Shown: positions 49,406-63,549 of the stretch, one piece after another | Numbering within the stretch: the stretch's first letter is position 1 | How the letters are laid out: every line of letters starts with the position of its first letter | Source of the DNA: Hypanus sabinus | Taxonomy: Eukaryota | Direction: 5' to 3' | Length of the DNA: 64,000 nucleotides | NCBI RefSeq assembly: GCF_030144855.1 | Contig: NC_082720.1 | Span: forward strand, 83,576,001 to 83,640,000 | Program-made: the position numbers and the translations under genes | Notes under the pieces: generated by a model | What the model was told of the DNA's origin: nothing | The model's database searches: none | What the model saw: only the letters and a program-made list of their open reading frames with translations

Positions 49406-50529
49406 GTAAATTATCTTCTAAAGCTTATCTCATTTTCTTACCAACATTGGATTTGGCTTCGCGTGAGGTGTCCAACAACTTTTCTGTGGATGTCAAGGAC
49501 CATTATATACAAACTTAATCCTGCCTTCATCTGCCTTGTGCACAAAACTAGTGTTGTGAAATCCAGAACATATGAAAAATCTGCTGATTGTTTTTATTCC
49601 CCTTTCTGAATCCTGGAGTAATAAATTGTCCTGGTTAACATTCAGGCTGAGCTTGGCTACGTTAGTGAAAACTTAAAATTAAAACAAGGCAACTCTTGAT
49701 CTTCGTAGCTCAATTCCACACTGGGACCTGACAAAAACTAATGTTTCCATTACCAATAAAAGGCTCTGCTGATAGTTAAACACAATGGTGTTGCACAAAT
49801 CAAGCTAAAACATGTAAATTTAAACAGCTAGGAAGTACATTAAGATGGAAAGTCTTTTCAGAAAATGCCTTTAAGCCCAATGCTTTTTATTTCTTTCCTC
49901 TTCACTCCTTGGAGATTTTTCTGCATTATGTGCAGTTTGTTACCAAGAAGATAGGTAGGCAAACTGGAACAATTTTGTTGTACTGAATGTACAGAACATG
50001 AACAGAGGAATGCAGATTATAACACAGATCTGCAGAAGCACGTCTCCAGAGTGCCTGTTCGATACACAGCTGTTTGATCTCCTATGAACAGTAATGTGAT
50101 AAACATGGAAGAAAAACTGTCTGAGATGTGACTCCACTAGAATCTCCTGTGGTGTGACAGTGACTTGGATTTATTTTCTCTTTGCCCTCATTCTCCTGCT
50201 ATCTGAGTTAAACAGCTTTTGACATAGTCAAGGACAGCAGTAGTCTGGTGCTATAGGTGAAAATTCTTTGTTATCACACTAATTTAAATACAGTGAGCTG
50301 GATCATCTGACTCACTGTTCAATGCCTTATTAAATTAACAGATTGTGGTGCAGACGTGAATGTGTGTTCAGTTCCATACGAAGTATTGCACTCGGTCAGT
50401 GTCTGTCTGTCCTGCAAAGACACAGCTAGCCATGGAGATCGATCAGATTGAGACAAGAAGGTCAGTACACATGTCTGAGACTGTCACTTCCCTTGGCTTT
50501 TCCAAAAGGTAGGATATGTCCCTCTGGAA

Positions 50530-50882
50530 TGTTTGGGAACAATCCTCACCACTATCGAGGACATCTTTAACAGGCAGTACCTCAAAAAGACGGTGTCCAT
50601 TGTTAAGGACCCTCACATTCCAGGACATGTCCTCTTCTTGTTACAATCACCAGGAAGGAGGTACGGGAGCCTGAAGACCTACATTCAGTGTTTTAGGAAG
50701 AGGTTCTTCCTTTCTACCATCAGATTTCTGAACAGCGAATGAATACATGAACACTACACCATTATTTCTCTTTTTCATTATTTATTTTAGTAACTTACAG
50801 TAGTTTTTATGCATTGCACTATACTGCTTCCACAAAACAACAAATTTCATGACACATGCCAGTGATAATAAACCTGATTTTA
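50530..50882 (+). mobile_element. Rex1/Babar 3' fragment
   Basis: ORF 50533-50742 TIEDIF..SIVKDPHIPGHVLF..GRRYGSLK..; tail ataataaacctgatt. Confidence 0.88.
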
Positions 50883-52357
50883 TAATTACAAAATTATACT
50901 GTCTAACCTATCAGTGAACCAGTAATGCCATTAACTTAATCAGTGTGTACTGAAGATGTTGTGATAAGTGGTTATTCTGATGGTGTACATTTCGGAGTCT
51001 GTATTTGGTGAAAGACACAATACCATAATATCCTGACTAATTCCAAAGCATGTCAAGGAAAGAATATTAATTCAACCCTAATAAATATTATGAAAAGTTA
51101 GGATTTTGTTCAAGCACCTTGTTAACTTAATTACTGAATATTTCCAGTACCTTTGTATAAAATGAAAAGACTGCAATGCAGTTCAGATGTACCAGATAGA
51201 CATAATGTTGAGACAATAATCCAAAGATTGGCAACTCATACCCAATCATAGCATGCTATGACATTGAAATTAGTAGTCCTGGAAGTTTACAGAATGACTG
51301 CAAGAACAAGAATGTATTACACTGAAACTTGATCATAAAAATTAACATTCATCAGTGACATCCATTACATTGCTTTGCTCTATCCCCACAATTTTGTTGA
51401 AGTTACACGTTCCACATTCTAATCCAACATTGAATGGTTAACTCTCAATACTTTCAAGACAAACAGACATGGCAATACTGAAGTCAATGTTGTCACATCC
51501 CAAGAGGAGATACAATGCATTGAATGCAAATGATGGAAGACTAAGGGCCACAAATGAACAATTATAAATGAAATAACAATGCAGATTAGAAGAAACCCAT
51601 TGAAAAGGTCACATCTACATACAGCTTGAGACTAATTCCTCAGGCAATATTAATTTGAAAATTCTTACTAGATGAAGCATGGACAAATGTAAGAAAATAT
51701 TTGTGCTACAGTCAAAGCAATTAGGACAATAAATGTGACAAGAGAACTAATGCATATGATGGAAAGCTTGAAAATAAAAGTCCAAGAACACTCAAGCCAG
51801 CAGATTGGAGTTTGATAGATAACAATCATTATATCAAATAAATAATCTCCTGTTGCTAGAACAGCATTAGCTATGCTTAATTAAGGGAACAAACAATGCA
51901 ATTCAGTTGTGCATCACAAAACGTTGTCAGTAAGAATATTTATTCCATTGTAATTTGTCACATAAAATTTTACCCATTTATTCTAGCCATCCTATTTTCT
52001 CTACAATCCAAAGTACACAACAGGTGACTTCTGCTTATCAACAATACTACAATTTTCAGCTCATCATACAATTAATGAAATCTGGACTCAAAGGAACAGC
52101 AGCTATAATTTCTGGTTTTATTAATATGGTGCATTCATTATATGACAGATATTATCACCGGCCATTGAAGCACATCCAAAATGTGTGAGATATCAAGTAT
52201 AATCAGGTGAAGTTTCTGATTAAATGCAGAATTAAGCTCTTTCTGTCTATACTGAACCAATGTCAAATCACAACTTCAGCCTTTACCGATCACTCCCTAC
52301 TGTGGTTTGTTCACTTTTCACAGGAATTGCCTTCCTGGAGTTTCCAAGATTGAAAAA

Positions 52358-53998
52358 CAAAGATCAAGATAAATTTATTATCAACGTAGATGTATATCAC
52401 CATATATGTCACCCTGAAATTTATTACAGACATACTCAATAAATCCATAAAATAATAACCAAAGCAGAATTAATGAAACACACACACCTTGAGTGTTCTA
52501 CCAGCATGCAAAAACAAACTGTGCAAATATAAAAAGAACAAAATAAAAATAATAAAACAAATAAGCAACAATTATTGAGAACGTGAGAGGAAGACACCAT
52601 AAAAGTGAGTCCATAGCTTGTGGGAACATTTCAATGGTGGGGCAAATGAAATTTGTGAAGTTATGCCTTTCATTTCTGCAGCCTGATGGTTGTGGGGTAA
52701 TAACTGTTCCTGAAACTTCTTCTGGATGGCAACAGTGAGGAGAAAGTATGTTCTGGGTGGTAGGGGATCCTTGATGATGGATGGTGATTTTGTGTAAATG
52801 TGCTCAATGGTGGGAAAGACATCCCTGATAATGAATGCTGCCTTCTTGTGATAACATTTCATATGGATATGCTCCATAGTGGGAAAGGCATTACCTGTAT
52901 GGACTGGGTGGTATCTACTACTTTTTTGTAGGATTTTCCATTCAAGGGCATTGGTGTTTCAAGGTCCGTGATGCAACCAGTCAAAATATGCTCCACTGCA
53001 CATCTATAGAAGTTCGTCAAAGTTTTAGATGTCATGCCAAATCTTGGGAAATTCCTAAGGAAGTAGAGGTGCTGCTGTGCTGGGACCAGGACGGGTCCTC
53101 CAATGTAACAAAGATGCTGACCCTCTCCACCTCAGATCCTCAGATGAGGACTGGTTCATGGACCTCTAGTCTCCATCTCCTGAAGTCAAAAATCATCTCC
53201 TTGTTCTTGCTGACTTAGAATAAGAAGATGTTGTTATGGCACCATTCAGGGATATTTTCAATCTTCCACCTATATGCTGATTCATCACCACATTTAATTT
53301 GGCCTACAACAGTGCTGCCATCAGCAAACTTGAATATAGCATTGGAGCTCCACTTAACTACAGTTATAAATGTAAAGCAAGTAGAGCAGGGGGCTAAGCA
53401 CATCGTTGTGGTGCACAAGGAGATCGCTGAGATTTTATTGCCAATCCAAACCGACCATAGTCTGCAAGTGAGGAAATCGAGGATCTGATTGCACAAGGTG
53501 GTACTGAGAGCAAGGTCATGGATTTTATTGATTAGTTTTGAAGGGATGGTGGTATTGAATGTTGAGCTGTAGTCGATAAAGAACAACCTGTTATATGCAT
53601 TTTTGCTGTCTAGATGTTCCAGGGTTACAGATGAGTGAAGAACCAATGAAATGGCATCAACTGTGGACCTGTTGCTCTGGCAGGCAAATTAAAGTGGATC
53701 TAAATTGCTCCTCAGGCAGGATTTGATATGTTTCATCACCAGTCTCTCAAAACACTTCATCACTGTGGATGTAAGTGCTACTGGATGATAGTCATTGAGG
53801 CATGTTACCATGTTCTTCCTGGGTACTGGTACAATTGAAGCCTATGTTGAGCAGGTGGGTACAACAGATTGCCGAAGTGAGAGGTTAAGGATCTCAGTGA
53901 ACATCCTGGTCAGATGATCAGCACAGGTCTTTAGTACTTGACCTGGTACCCCATCTGTGCTGGATGCTTTTCTTGGGTTCACCCTCCTGAAGATCATC
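52358..53998 (-). mobile_element. Rex1/Babar LINE 3' 1.6 kb (RT)
   Basis: Minus ORFs [41 protein letters not shown] and SIIKDP. Confidence 0.92.
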
Positions 53999-54129
53999 GA
54001 GGGTTGTGGGAGTTCATGATGATTCCTCCATGTTTTGACAGTCAAAGTGAGCATTGAACTCCTCTGGATGCAAAAGCTGTGATTGCCTAAGTCACTGATG
54101 TAATTGATTGTAACAAAGGCAGAGCACAA

Positions 54130-55250
54130 TAGTGTCTCAATGCTCCACTGGGTCTTCCTACTGTTTCTCCTGCCGTTACCACCCTCCTCTGGCCTTGAAC
54201 CTCATCCACCTCTACCACACTTCTCTCTTCCTTCCCTCTCTCCCCCTCCTATCATCTTCCTCAGCCTCTCCTGAAATAAGGCCTTGCTTCAGCTCTAACT
54301 TCTTCCATGTCTTCAACAAGCACACCACACCCCAACAACTTCACCCACCAATCTCTCCCTTGCTGACACTGGGCTGGCATTCCTCATCAGGTAAACTTTG
54401 TACTCCTGAGCCTGCATCTGACAGATATGGACTCACAGTGACATTAAGTTCTTCTTTGTCATTTCTGTCTCTGTGCCTATTTCTTTAGCACAGTGCCTTC
54501 ATCCCCACTGATGACCTCATTGCATCTCCAACACTACTTCTTCTCTTGGTCACTCCATTTGGGCCTCTTGCCTTCTCATCACCTTGTCATTTTCAACTGA
54601 TGTCTCCACTCCCTCCCCTACTCCAACCTCACACTGACTAATTGCACAGGCCTCAATTCACTTTGCACCAATTGCAATCTAGTCATCAGTCCTGTACGCA
54701 GTGCCCCTGTCCTCTGACAGGCTAACCTCTACTTTGCAGAGGTCAGGCAGCAGCTCCTGGAAAGTTCCTCATCGCCACCCCAGGACCACGAGCCCATCGA
54801 TAGACACCAGGCCACTATTGCACTGCTACAGACCTCATTACATTGGGAGATCTCTGCTCTATGACCTCCAACCTGTTGGTTCCCCATTCACCATTCAATT
54901 GCATTTGCCCTTCATCTCTTCCATTATCACCTTCCTTAGTCATCAGAGTCCAGCACCAGCTGCTTTGATGTTTCTGCTTATCACTATCTAGTCATCCCCA
55001 CCTTCATCTATTCTTCTCCTACCAGGTTTCTTCTGTCCATCATCCTTCACCCTTCTTCAGTCCACCAATCTTCCTCCACTCCCCTCCCCATAACTTCCCT
55101 CGTCACCCTCAATCCTATTGCAGCGTTTCAACCTAAAATGGCAACAATTCCTTCTCCCCCAGCTTCCACTAGCCCCACACATCCTGCTGGACCTGCTGTG
55201 TTTCTCCAGCAGATTATCCTTTGGCTCCAGATTCAAATATGTGCAGTCTT
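54130..55250 (+). mobile_element. Decayed, internally deleted Penelope-like element
   Basis: C-rich body (tctctgtgcctatttcttt; cctctactttgcagagg) ending in ctgctggacctgctgtgtttctccagca...tgcagtctt. Confidence 0.55.
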
Positions 55251-55251
55251 T

Positions 55252-55820
55252 CAGAATCAGAATCAGGTTTATTATCACCGGCATGTGACATGAATTTTGT
55301 TAATTTAGCAGCAACAGTTCAATGCAATACATGATCTAGCAGAGAGAAAATAATAATAGCTAAAATAAAAAACACTAATGATAACAAATAAACAAATCAA
55401 TTACATATATTGAATAGATTTTTTTAAAAGTGTGCAGAAATGAAAATACTGTATATTAAAAAATAAAGTGAGATAGTGTCCAAAGATTCAATTACCATTT
55501 AGGAATTGGATGGCGGAGGAGAAGAAGCTGTTTCTGAATCACTGAGTGTGTGCCTTCAGGCTTCTGTACCCCCTACCTGATGGTAACAGTGAGAAAATGG
55601 CATGCTCTGGGTGCTGGATGTCCTTAATAATGGAAGCTGCCTTTCTGAGACACCGTTCCCTGAAGATGTCCTGGGTAGGCTAGTACCCAAGATAGAGTTG
55701 ACTAGATTTATAACCTTCTGCAGCTTCTTTCAGTCCTGTGCAGTAGCCCCTCCATACCAGATGGTGATGCAGCCTGTCAGAATGCTCTCCAAGGTACAAC
55801 TATAGAAGTTTTTGTGTGCA
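55252..55820 (-). mobile_element. Rex1/Babar 3' fragment
   Basis: tcagaatcagaatcaggtttattatcaccggcatg; reverse complement gives ESILTGCITIWYG. Confidence 0.9.
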
Positions 55821-55999
55821 TATACTCCTAATAAAGTATATTTAATGTAATTTCCTGTCTTTCAAAACCAGTGGATTTCCCAAGATGGACTAGTCTGAGA
55901 TTTATTTATACTAAACTCATAAGGTAATGTTTAACTCATTGTGTCCCACTATAATGATAATTCTTTACCATTATCTGGTGTATATGTAAGTATATTTTT

Positions 56000-56062
56000 G
56001 GCTCAGCATTGTGGGCAGAAGGGCCTGTATTGTGCTGTAGGTTTTCTATGTTTCTATGTTTT
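56000..56062 (+). mobile_element. Isolated CR1/SINE 3' tail
   Basis: gggcagaagggcctgtattgtgctgtaggttttctatgtttctatgttt. Confidence 0.75.
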
Positions 56063-56167
56063 CACCTGTCACAAGTAATTTTGAAGACAAGAACAGGATA
56101 GAGGTGGCATCATTTTCACATTGGATCCTGCATTCATCAGCCTTAAGAGTTTTTATGAAAAACTTAC

Positions 56168-56230
56168 CTGTAGATTATGCAGCCTTGGTCACATCCAGTA
56201 CAACAGATTGGAGTTCAAGTTCTTCACAAG
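56168..56230 (-). other. Candidate non-coding (5' UTR or lncRNA) exon
   Basis: Consensus donor CAG|gtaagt; weak acceptor tttaag; stops in all three frames. Confidence 0.25.
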
Positions 56231-56364
56231 CTTAAATGTATTTTAATACAATACAAAATTTAATAGAGCAAAAAAAGACTTCTATCTTTGAAAATCTCAG
56301 TGCAACTTAAAACAAAATTCTTATAGCATTTAAGACAATGAAATAAAAGTATATTTCAGACATA

Positions 56365-56785
56365 CATGGTTGGCTGGTAGTCAAGCTATTTGCTGTGGTC
56401 CAATGATGGCATGCTGTGTTGAATTAGTTGGTTGAAGTCCCACCACAGAGACTTGTGCAAAATCTAGTCTGATATTCAAGTTTAGTACCAAGGGAATAAT
56501 GAAGCTACCTTCTGAATGAAATGTTGTCAAACTAGTACCTGCTTTCTCAGATAGATATAAACGAATCAGTGCCAGTATTTTGCAGAACACCAGGGGAAAT
56601 CTCCACAGTCAACAGGATGGAAACAAATCATCTAGTCATATCAAGTTCTTGCTTCATTTTACTCTTTAGAAAGTGATCACTACATTATTAACATTAAAGG
56701 TGCGGTTGAACTTTAAACATGCTTAATAGTCTACGAAGTACTTTAGATGTCTCTAAGTCCAATATAAATGCAACTACTTGCTTTG
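56365..56785 (+). mobile_element. Deu-SINE-like ancient SINE
   Basis: ggttgaagtcccaccacagagacttgtgcaaaatctagtctgata...aatataaatgcaa. Confidence 0.55.
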
Positions 56786-59204
56786 TAATAATCTTTATTA
56801 CATTTATTATTCACTGTTGCAGGTTTTAGATCTTGCATGAGGCAATAGATTAGAAACAATGAAAAAGAGAAGTAATTTGAGTGCCTATATGCATAAATCA
56901 TCAATAGCTCCCATACAGGTATGCCAAAAAAGCATTGCTCTTCATCAGAATAGGGTTAAAATATAAATGCAATTCTTCAGTTGTAAAGAACTCAACTTGA
57001 TCTTCAATGTTGGTCTTGAAATGGATATAAATCCAAAAGAATTTTGTCAATGCCTGAAAAACTAAATTATAAAGTCAAGCTAAATATACAGTAGCTAGTT
57101 TATGATCCCTGGCATTTCAAAGGTTGGGATGTAGGTGGGGTTGCAATCTAAATTAGATCTTTAAAAAGGAATTTAACAGAATGGACATAGGTAATCAATT
57201 CCGAACTATAGAATGCAAGCTTAGAAATGATATCAAGATTGACTAGTTCCACATGAAATAGAAGGCTAATTCTGAAACTCTTCGTATCATCCCAGACTCA
57301 AATTCCCATAAAAAGTCTATGGATACTGGATCATATAGAAGTAATGGTAAGAATAGATACAGAGCAAATATATCTGAGGAATAGATTATTTATAACTTAA
57401 CTCAATAGTAGCCTCAGGGACTAAATAGTCTGTTCCAGTTCCTAGTTTGTTTAAATTTGAAATAAAGTGCTTTGTTACATGGAAAATATTTCACAAAACT
57501 TACATGCAGTGGCTTTAATTCTATATGGAATCAAATAGATATTCCACGTAATCATTTCCATGGCCAGTTCTTATTCAGTTTAATTATGCACTGTAATAGT
57601 TAATCTAATTTGATATTATTGGAATGGAAGTTGAAAATTTCAGACCCAAGAGTAATAATCCCCTGCCATCCTAAATTACATCTCCATGACCAGGGAAGGC
57701 CACTCTTACTATTGTGTTCCTCTGTTACTCCACCTAACATGCTTCAGAGACATTCAAGTTGATGGATGAACTGTCCACAAAATCCTTCAACTGCCATCCA
57801 ACCACTATCCCTGCAAACTGAAATAATCCCCCCCATTTCCAATAGCACTACTGTCAGAAGCCAGACTGCTTTTATCTTCCCTTTCAAAATCTAGTTTGGC
57901 AAGACACTCAACATCACTAGAAATGTAAATTCTTTCAAGCTTATGTTACAACTTACTAGAGTTACAAGAACAAAGAAAATTAATCCAGTCGGACTACACA
58001 GCTTGGCTGTGAATTCCCAGAATATCGTCAAGGTGATATTTTTATAATCCCAAAGCAATTTTACACCACTAATTCTTTTATTGGCACATATGAGAAGAAT
58101 CAACAACTCTGCATCGCTCAGGATTTAATTTATCAGGTTAGTAGAGAATAAGAAATGCTCACTGCATTCTTTAACAAGGGAATGGAAGTTCACCAGTAAG
58201 TATCACGTAATTTTGAAATCAAATGTTAAATAAGAAAACATTTTTTTGAAATAGGGATGTATTTGTGAAGTTTAGGAATATACCCATTTTCGCTCTCTCC
58301 TTTTCCCATAATCATCTATCACTACACCCATTTCCCCAGATATTATCTTTTTCACATGAGCCTCTTTCGTTAAAAGGGAAGTGCTTTGAAGCTTTGATGC
58401 GAGCCCAAACTAATCGGATAATAATCATCTTAACAGCACAAGAAAAGGAGGCTAATCATTGATTTGTTTTCCCTTGCCCTGCTTCCATTTCATGCTTCAT
58501 TGCCCGTCAGCTGAGATCCAGAATTTGGAATGTCTATTCACTGGTGCTTAAGTGCACATATCTCGAGTAGCCTTGTAAAATGTGAGACTGTTCACGGACT
58601 TTCACAAAAGCTGGTAATTGAAGAGCATGAAGTATGAATTATTTATTGATTGTGTAGTTTCCCTTTGCAATGAATGTGACAGATGAGCGAGTTTGAAAAG
58701 GTTATAAACATTTGTGCAAGGTTTCTGAATCCCATGATCCATTTCTTGAAGTGCATTGAGTTGCAAATTCTCCCTGCCAATAGTGAAATTATGCCAAGAA
58801 TCAAGTAAAAAACTCATTAGAATATTATTAGAAGGTTCATAAGCACAATCACCAGGCCTAACACTGTACAGAGTGCTTAGAAAATATATAGGAGAATTAT
58901 CAGTGAGATTAGAGCTGCAATATTTAAAGATTTATTTCTCCTAAAACAGAACTAGCAGTGGGAAGATGAAGACATGGCTTCAACAGGAATTAGTTGTGGA
59001 TTTGCCAGAAAGCAATATACAATTTCCAAGTGAAATTAAGTATAAGAGAAGACCATTGTCTGAGTGGTTGGAGGAATGTTGTCACTATAATAGCTAGCAG
59101 AATGTAGAACCAATTGTCAGATAGTGAAAAAGGGGGCAAGTGGTAACTATTCAATCTTGAATGTCCTGCGTCTATGAGAAGCAAGATTTAATAACTAAAC
59201 TCTT

Positions 59205-59580
59205 CCTGCTGGGTGTGAGCACTGTCGGGTTGCATCACTATCTGGTATGGAGTGGCCACTGCTTGGATTGGAAAAAAATGTGGAAGGTTGCAAATTAAGC
59301 TAAATCTATCAAGAGCTCTAGCCTCCCCAGCATCGAGGACAGCTTCAAGGAGCAATACCTTTAAAAGGTAGCATCCATTATAAAGGACCTCATCACCCAA
59401 GACATGCCCTACTCTCTTTTCTACCATCAGAGGAGATACAGAAACATGATAGCGCAAACTCAATGTTTTAGGAACAGCTTCTTCCCCACCTCCATCAGAT
59501 TTTTGAACGGGCAATGAACAAAGCCATGAACACTACCTCGCTATATTTTTGCTCTCTTTCTGCATTACTTATTTAATTTA
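59205..59580 (+). mobile_element. Rex1/Babar 3' fragment
   Basis: LSGCITIWYG and ASIIKDLITQDM; tttaggaacagcttcttcccc. Confidence 0.85.
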
Positions 59581-60871
59581 ATGTTTAAAGTAGCACTTGC
59601 TAATGAGGGCATAATATGTGGTTTAATGAAGATTGAAAGATTGAGGCAGGTAAATGGTTCCCTTTTTTTTGCAGCAGGAACACCCTCCTCTAATTCAAAG
59701 AGTTTAAGGTTTTATTTGTAGCACATCTCAATTTCCTACAATTTTTTGAAAGCATTAAAGTTTGCACTGAAGTTTCAAGTCAAGTCAAGTTTTGAGAATA
59801 GGGTAATTTTCTGACTTGATGTGTTCTCTCTTGACAGCGCATATTGACAATTTGGACACGCACTCTCTACAACTTTCCAATACAAACAGCTGGCAGGCAA
59901 GGGTCCTGAACTAGCCCAAAAAGACAGAATATTTACCTCATAATAAGCCTTCTATTTTGTCATGTGTAACATAAAATCTATAGATAAAAAGTAATAGACC
60001 AGACTAGGAATAATAGATTATAAAGCAAAACCAAATCATAGGCTACATGATATACTTTAAATCTCGTTGATAAAATATTTACTTCATACTTGTGCTTGAA
60101 TGAAACACAAGGTTACTACTTTGCATTATTTTTATTGTTGTCAGGTGAAGATGGAACATTTGGTATTTCAAGCAGGAGTATAATCATTATATAATTCAAC
60201 AATAAAAGAGCTGACTAATTTAAGATTCTATAAATGGAAACTGCTGGAAACTTCAATATAAATATATTTTAAAAAGTCATAGGTGCATTAACAGAAACTA
60301 GATGTGAACACGTTGGAGCCTCTTTAGTATCAATTCATAATGCCTAGAGGGCAATACTGTAAAATGGCTGATAGCAAATCAGCTGCTTATTTCACATCAC
60401 CGCTGATTTTTTAAAAGTTTCTTGTCTCTTTAACAGAAATAAAAATTTGGAGATAGGAGAAATGGAATATCAGTTTGCCAGCATTTGTTTAATGGCTATG
60501 TGCTAAATTGAAAGTCCATTCCCCAGAGTGAAAAAAATCACCCTCCCCCCAAAAAAATTCATTTGTATATTCTGTGGCAAATTTAAAAACAATAGATGTC
60601 ATATTTTTGCAGACAGTACACTTAAGTGTACTAGTGTTGAGAGATTGCTGAACTGAGAGTTACTTGCAAAGGCTTACAACAGTAATTGCCAGTCTGAGAC
60701 ACAAGAGTTCATTAGTGCCAGTGGTGTTATAAGATTGACTTATTTACATTGCTGCCACTGCATAACAGTTCTGATTTGTAAGAGGATGACATAATGAAAG
60801 CAAAAAATTTCAAAGTAAATTTATTATCAGAGCACTGATATGTCAATACAAACAATACGGAGGTTCATTTT

Positions 60872-63470
60872 AAACCATAAAATATAGGATCAGAATATGG
60901 TCATTTGGCCCATCCGATCTGCTCTACCGGTTCATCATAGCAGATCCAATTTTCCTCTCAGCCCCAATCTCCTGCCTCCTAGACCAAAATAAAAATCTAT
61001 CAACCTCTGCCTTAACTATATAGTAAGACTTGACCTCCACAGCTGCTTGAGGCAAAGAATTCCAAAGATTCACCACACTCTGCCTAAAGAAATTCCTCCT
61101 CACCTCCATTCTAAAAGGATGTCTTTCTATTCTGAGACTGGGTATTAGCCTCTGCCACCATAGGAAACATCCTGTCTACATCCACTCTATCAAGGCCTTA
61201 TACCATTTGATAGGTTTCAATTCGGTCACCCTTCATTCTTCTGAATTCCAATAAATACGGGCCCAGTACCATTAAACACTCTTCATATGACGAGCCATTC
61301 ACTTTTGCGAACCTCCTTTGAACCCTCTCCAGTTTCACCGCATCTCTTGTAAGATAAGGCTGCCCAAAACTCCAAGCGAGGCCTCACCAGTACTTCATAA
61401 AGGCTCAATATTCTAGTCCTCTTGAAATGAATAACATCATTACATTTGCCTTCCTTACCATAGATTCAACCTGCAAAATGACCATTAGGGAATCCTATAC
61501 AAGGACTCCCTAGTCCCTTTGCACCTCAGTTTGTTTTAATTTTCTCTTCATTTAGAATATAGTCAACCATTTTAGTTCTTCTACCAAAGTGCGTGACCAT
61601 ACATTTCCCAACAATGTATTCCATCTACAACCCCTTTGCTTATTCTCCTAATCTAAGTCCTTCTGTGGCTTCTCTAATTCCTCAAAACTACCTGTCCCTC
61701 CACCTATCTTCATATCATCTGCAATCTTTGCAACAAAGCCATCAATTCCATCATCCAAATCATTGACATATAACGTAAAAAATATTGGCCCCAACATAGA
61801 CATCTGTGGAACACCACTAGTCACTGAAAGCCAACTAGAAAAGGATCCCTTTATTCCCACTTTTTGCCTCCTGCCAATCAACTACTTCTTTATCACTGCT
61901 AGCCTCTTTCCTGGAATACCACGGGCTTGTAGCTTGTTAGGCACCCTCATGTGGCACTTTGTCAAGTACACAACATCAACCAATTCTCTTTTGTTTATCC
62001 TGCTCATTACCTCTTCAAGGAATTCCAAAAGATTTGTAAGGCAAGATTTTCCCTTGCCGAAAACATGCTGCTGGCAGCCTATTTTATCATGTGCCACCAA
62101 GTACCCTGAGACCTCATCCTTAATAATTAACTCCAACATCTTTCCAACCACTGAGGTCAAACTATTCTTCTGGAATAGACATTTGCAATTTTCCAGTCTT
62201 TCAGAACCATTCCAGAATCTAGTGATGCTTGAAAGATCATTACTAATGTCGCCACACTGTCTTCAGACACTTCTTTCAGAACCCTGAGGTGTACACTATC
62301 TAGCTTGAGATCTTCCCAAGAATCTTCTCTCTAGTAATGGTAACTTCACAAACTTCATGACCCTGATACCTGGAATTCCCACCATACTGCTAATGTCTTC
62401 CATAATGAAGATTGATGTAAAATACTTATTCAGTTCATTCACCATTTCCTTGTCCCTACAGCTACCTCTCCAGCATTGTTTTGAGTCTTCCAATATACAG
62501 TCTCACCTCTCTTTTACACTTTATATATCTGAAGAAATTATTTGGTATCCTCTTTAATACTATTGACCAACTTACTTTTGTATTCCATCTTTACCTTCTT
62601 AATGACTTCTCAGTTGCCTCCTGCTAGCTTTTAAAAGTTTCCCAATCCTCTAACTTCCTATCACTTTTTGCTCTATCATATGCCCTCTTATTGGCTTTTA
62701 TGTAGGCTTTGACTTCTCTTGTTAGCCCTGGTTATGTCATCTTTCCTCTAGAATACTTCTTCCACTTTGGGATGTATATATCCTGTGCCTTCTGAATTGT
62801 TTCCAGATATTCCAGCTATTGCTGCTCTGCTGCCATCCCAGCTAGTGCTCTTTTCCAAACAACTCTGGCCAACTCCTCCCTCATGCCTTGGTCTCTAATT
62901 AATTCTGGTTGATGCACAACATGGAATGCAGAATTGCTGATTCTCTGGTGAGCTCAACCACGAGCTGCTCTAAAACGGCATTTCATAGAGACTCCAGGAA
63001 TTCTCCGAGCAGGAATCCAGCACAGACCTGATTTTCCCAATCTACCTGCATATTGAAGTCCAGTATGATTATTGTAATATTGCCCTTTTGGCATGCATTT
63101 TATACATAGTAACATCTTTATTACTATTTGAGGTTCCGTATACAATGCCCAACTGGGTATTTTCACTTTTGCAGTTCCTTAGCTCTATCCACAAGGATTC
63201 AACACCTTCTGATCCTATGTCACCTCTTTCTAATTATTTGATTTCACCTTTTACCAGCAGAGACATGTGCCACCTCTGCTGTCCGGCCTCTTCTTTTGAT
63301 TCAAAATGTATTTTTGGACATTAAGCTTCCAGCTGTAACCTTCTTTCAGCCATGATTCAGTGATACTTACAACATCATACCTGCCAGTCTGCAACTGTGC
63401 TGCAAGCTTATCTACCTTATTCTGTATTTAGTCCACCTTTCATGTTGCAACTCATTCTGTTGACTGCAAT
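60872..63470 (-). mobile_element. CR1 LINE ORF2 (EN + RT), decayed
   Basis: Minus ORFs VTSGVPQMSMLGP..IADDMK, GKSCLTNLLEF and NFFRQSVVNLWNSLP; tail at about 60872. Confidence 0.95.
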
Positions 63471-63549
63471 TTTGCGCTGTCAACAGCCTCTCTTCACAAC
63501 ACATTGCCTCTGTTTATAAACTGGCTACCTCATCTTCAGCACTATCATC

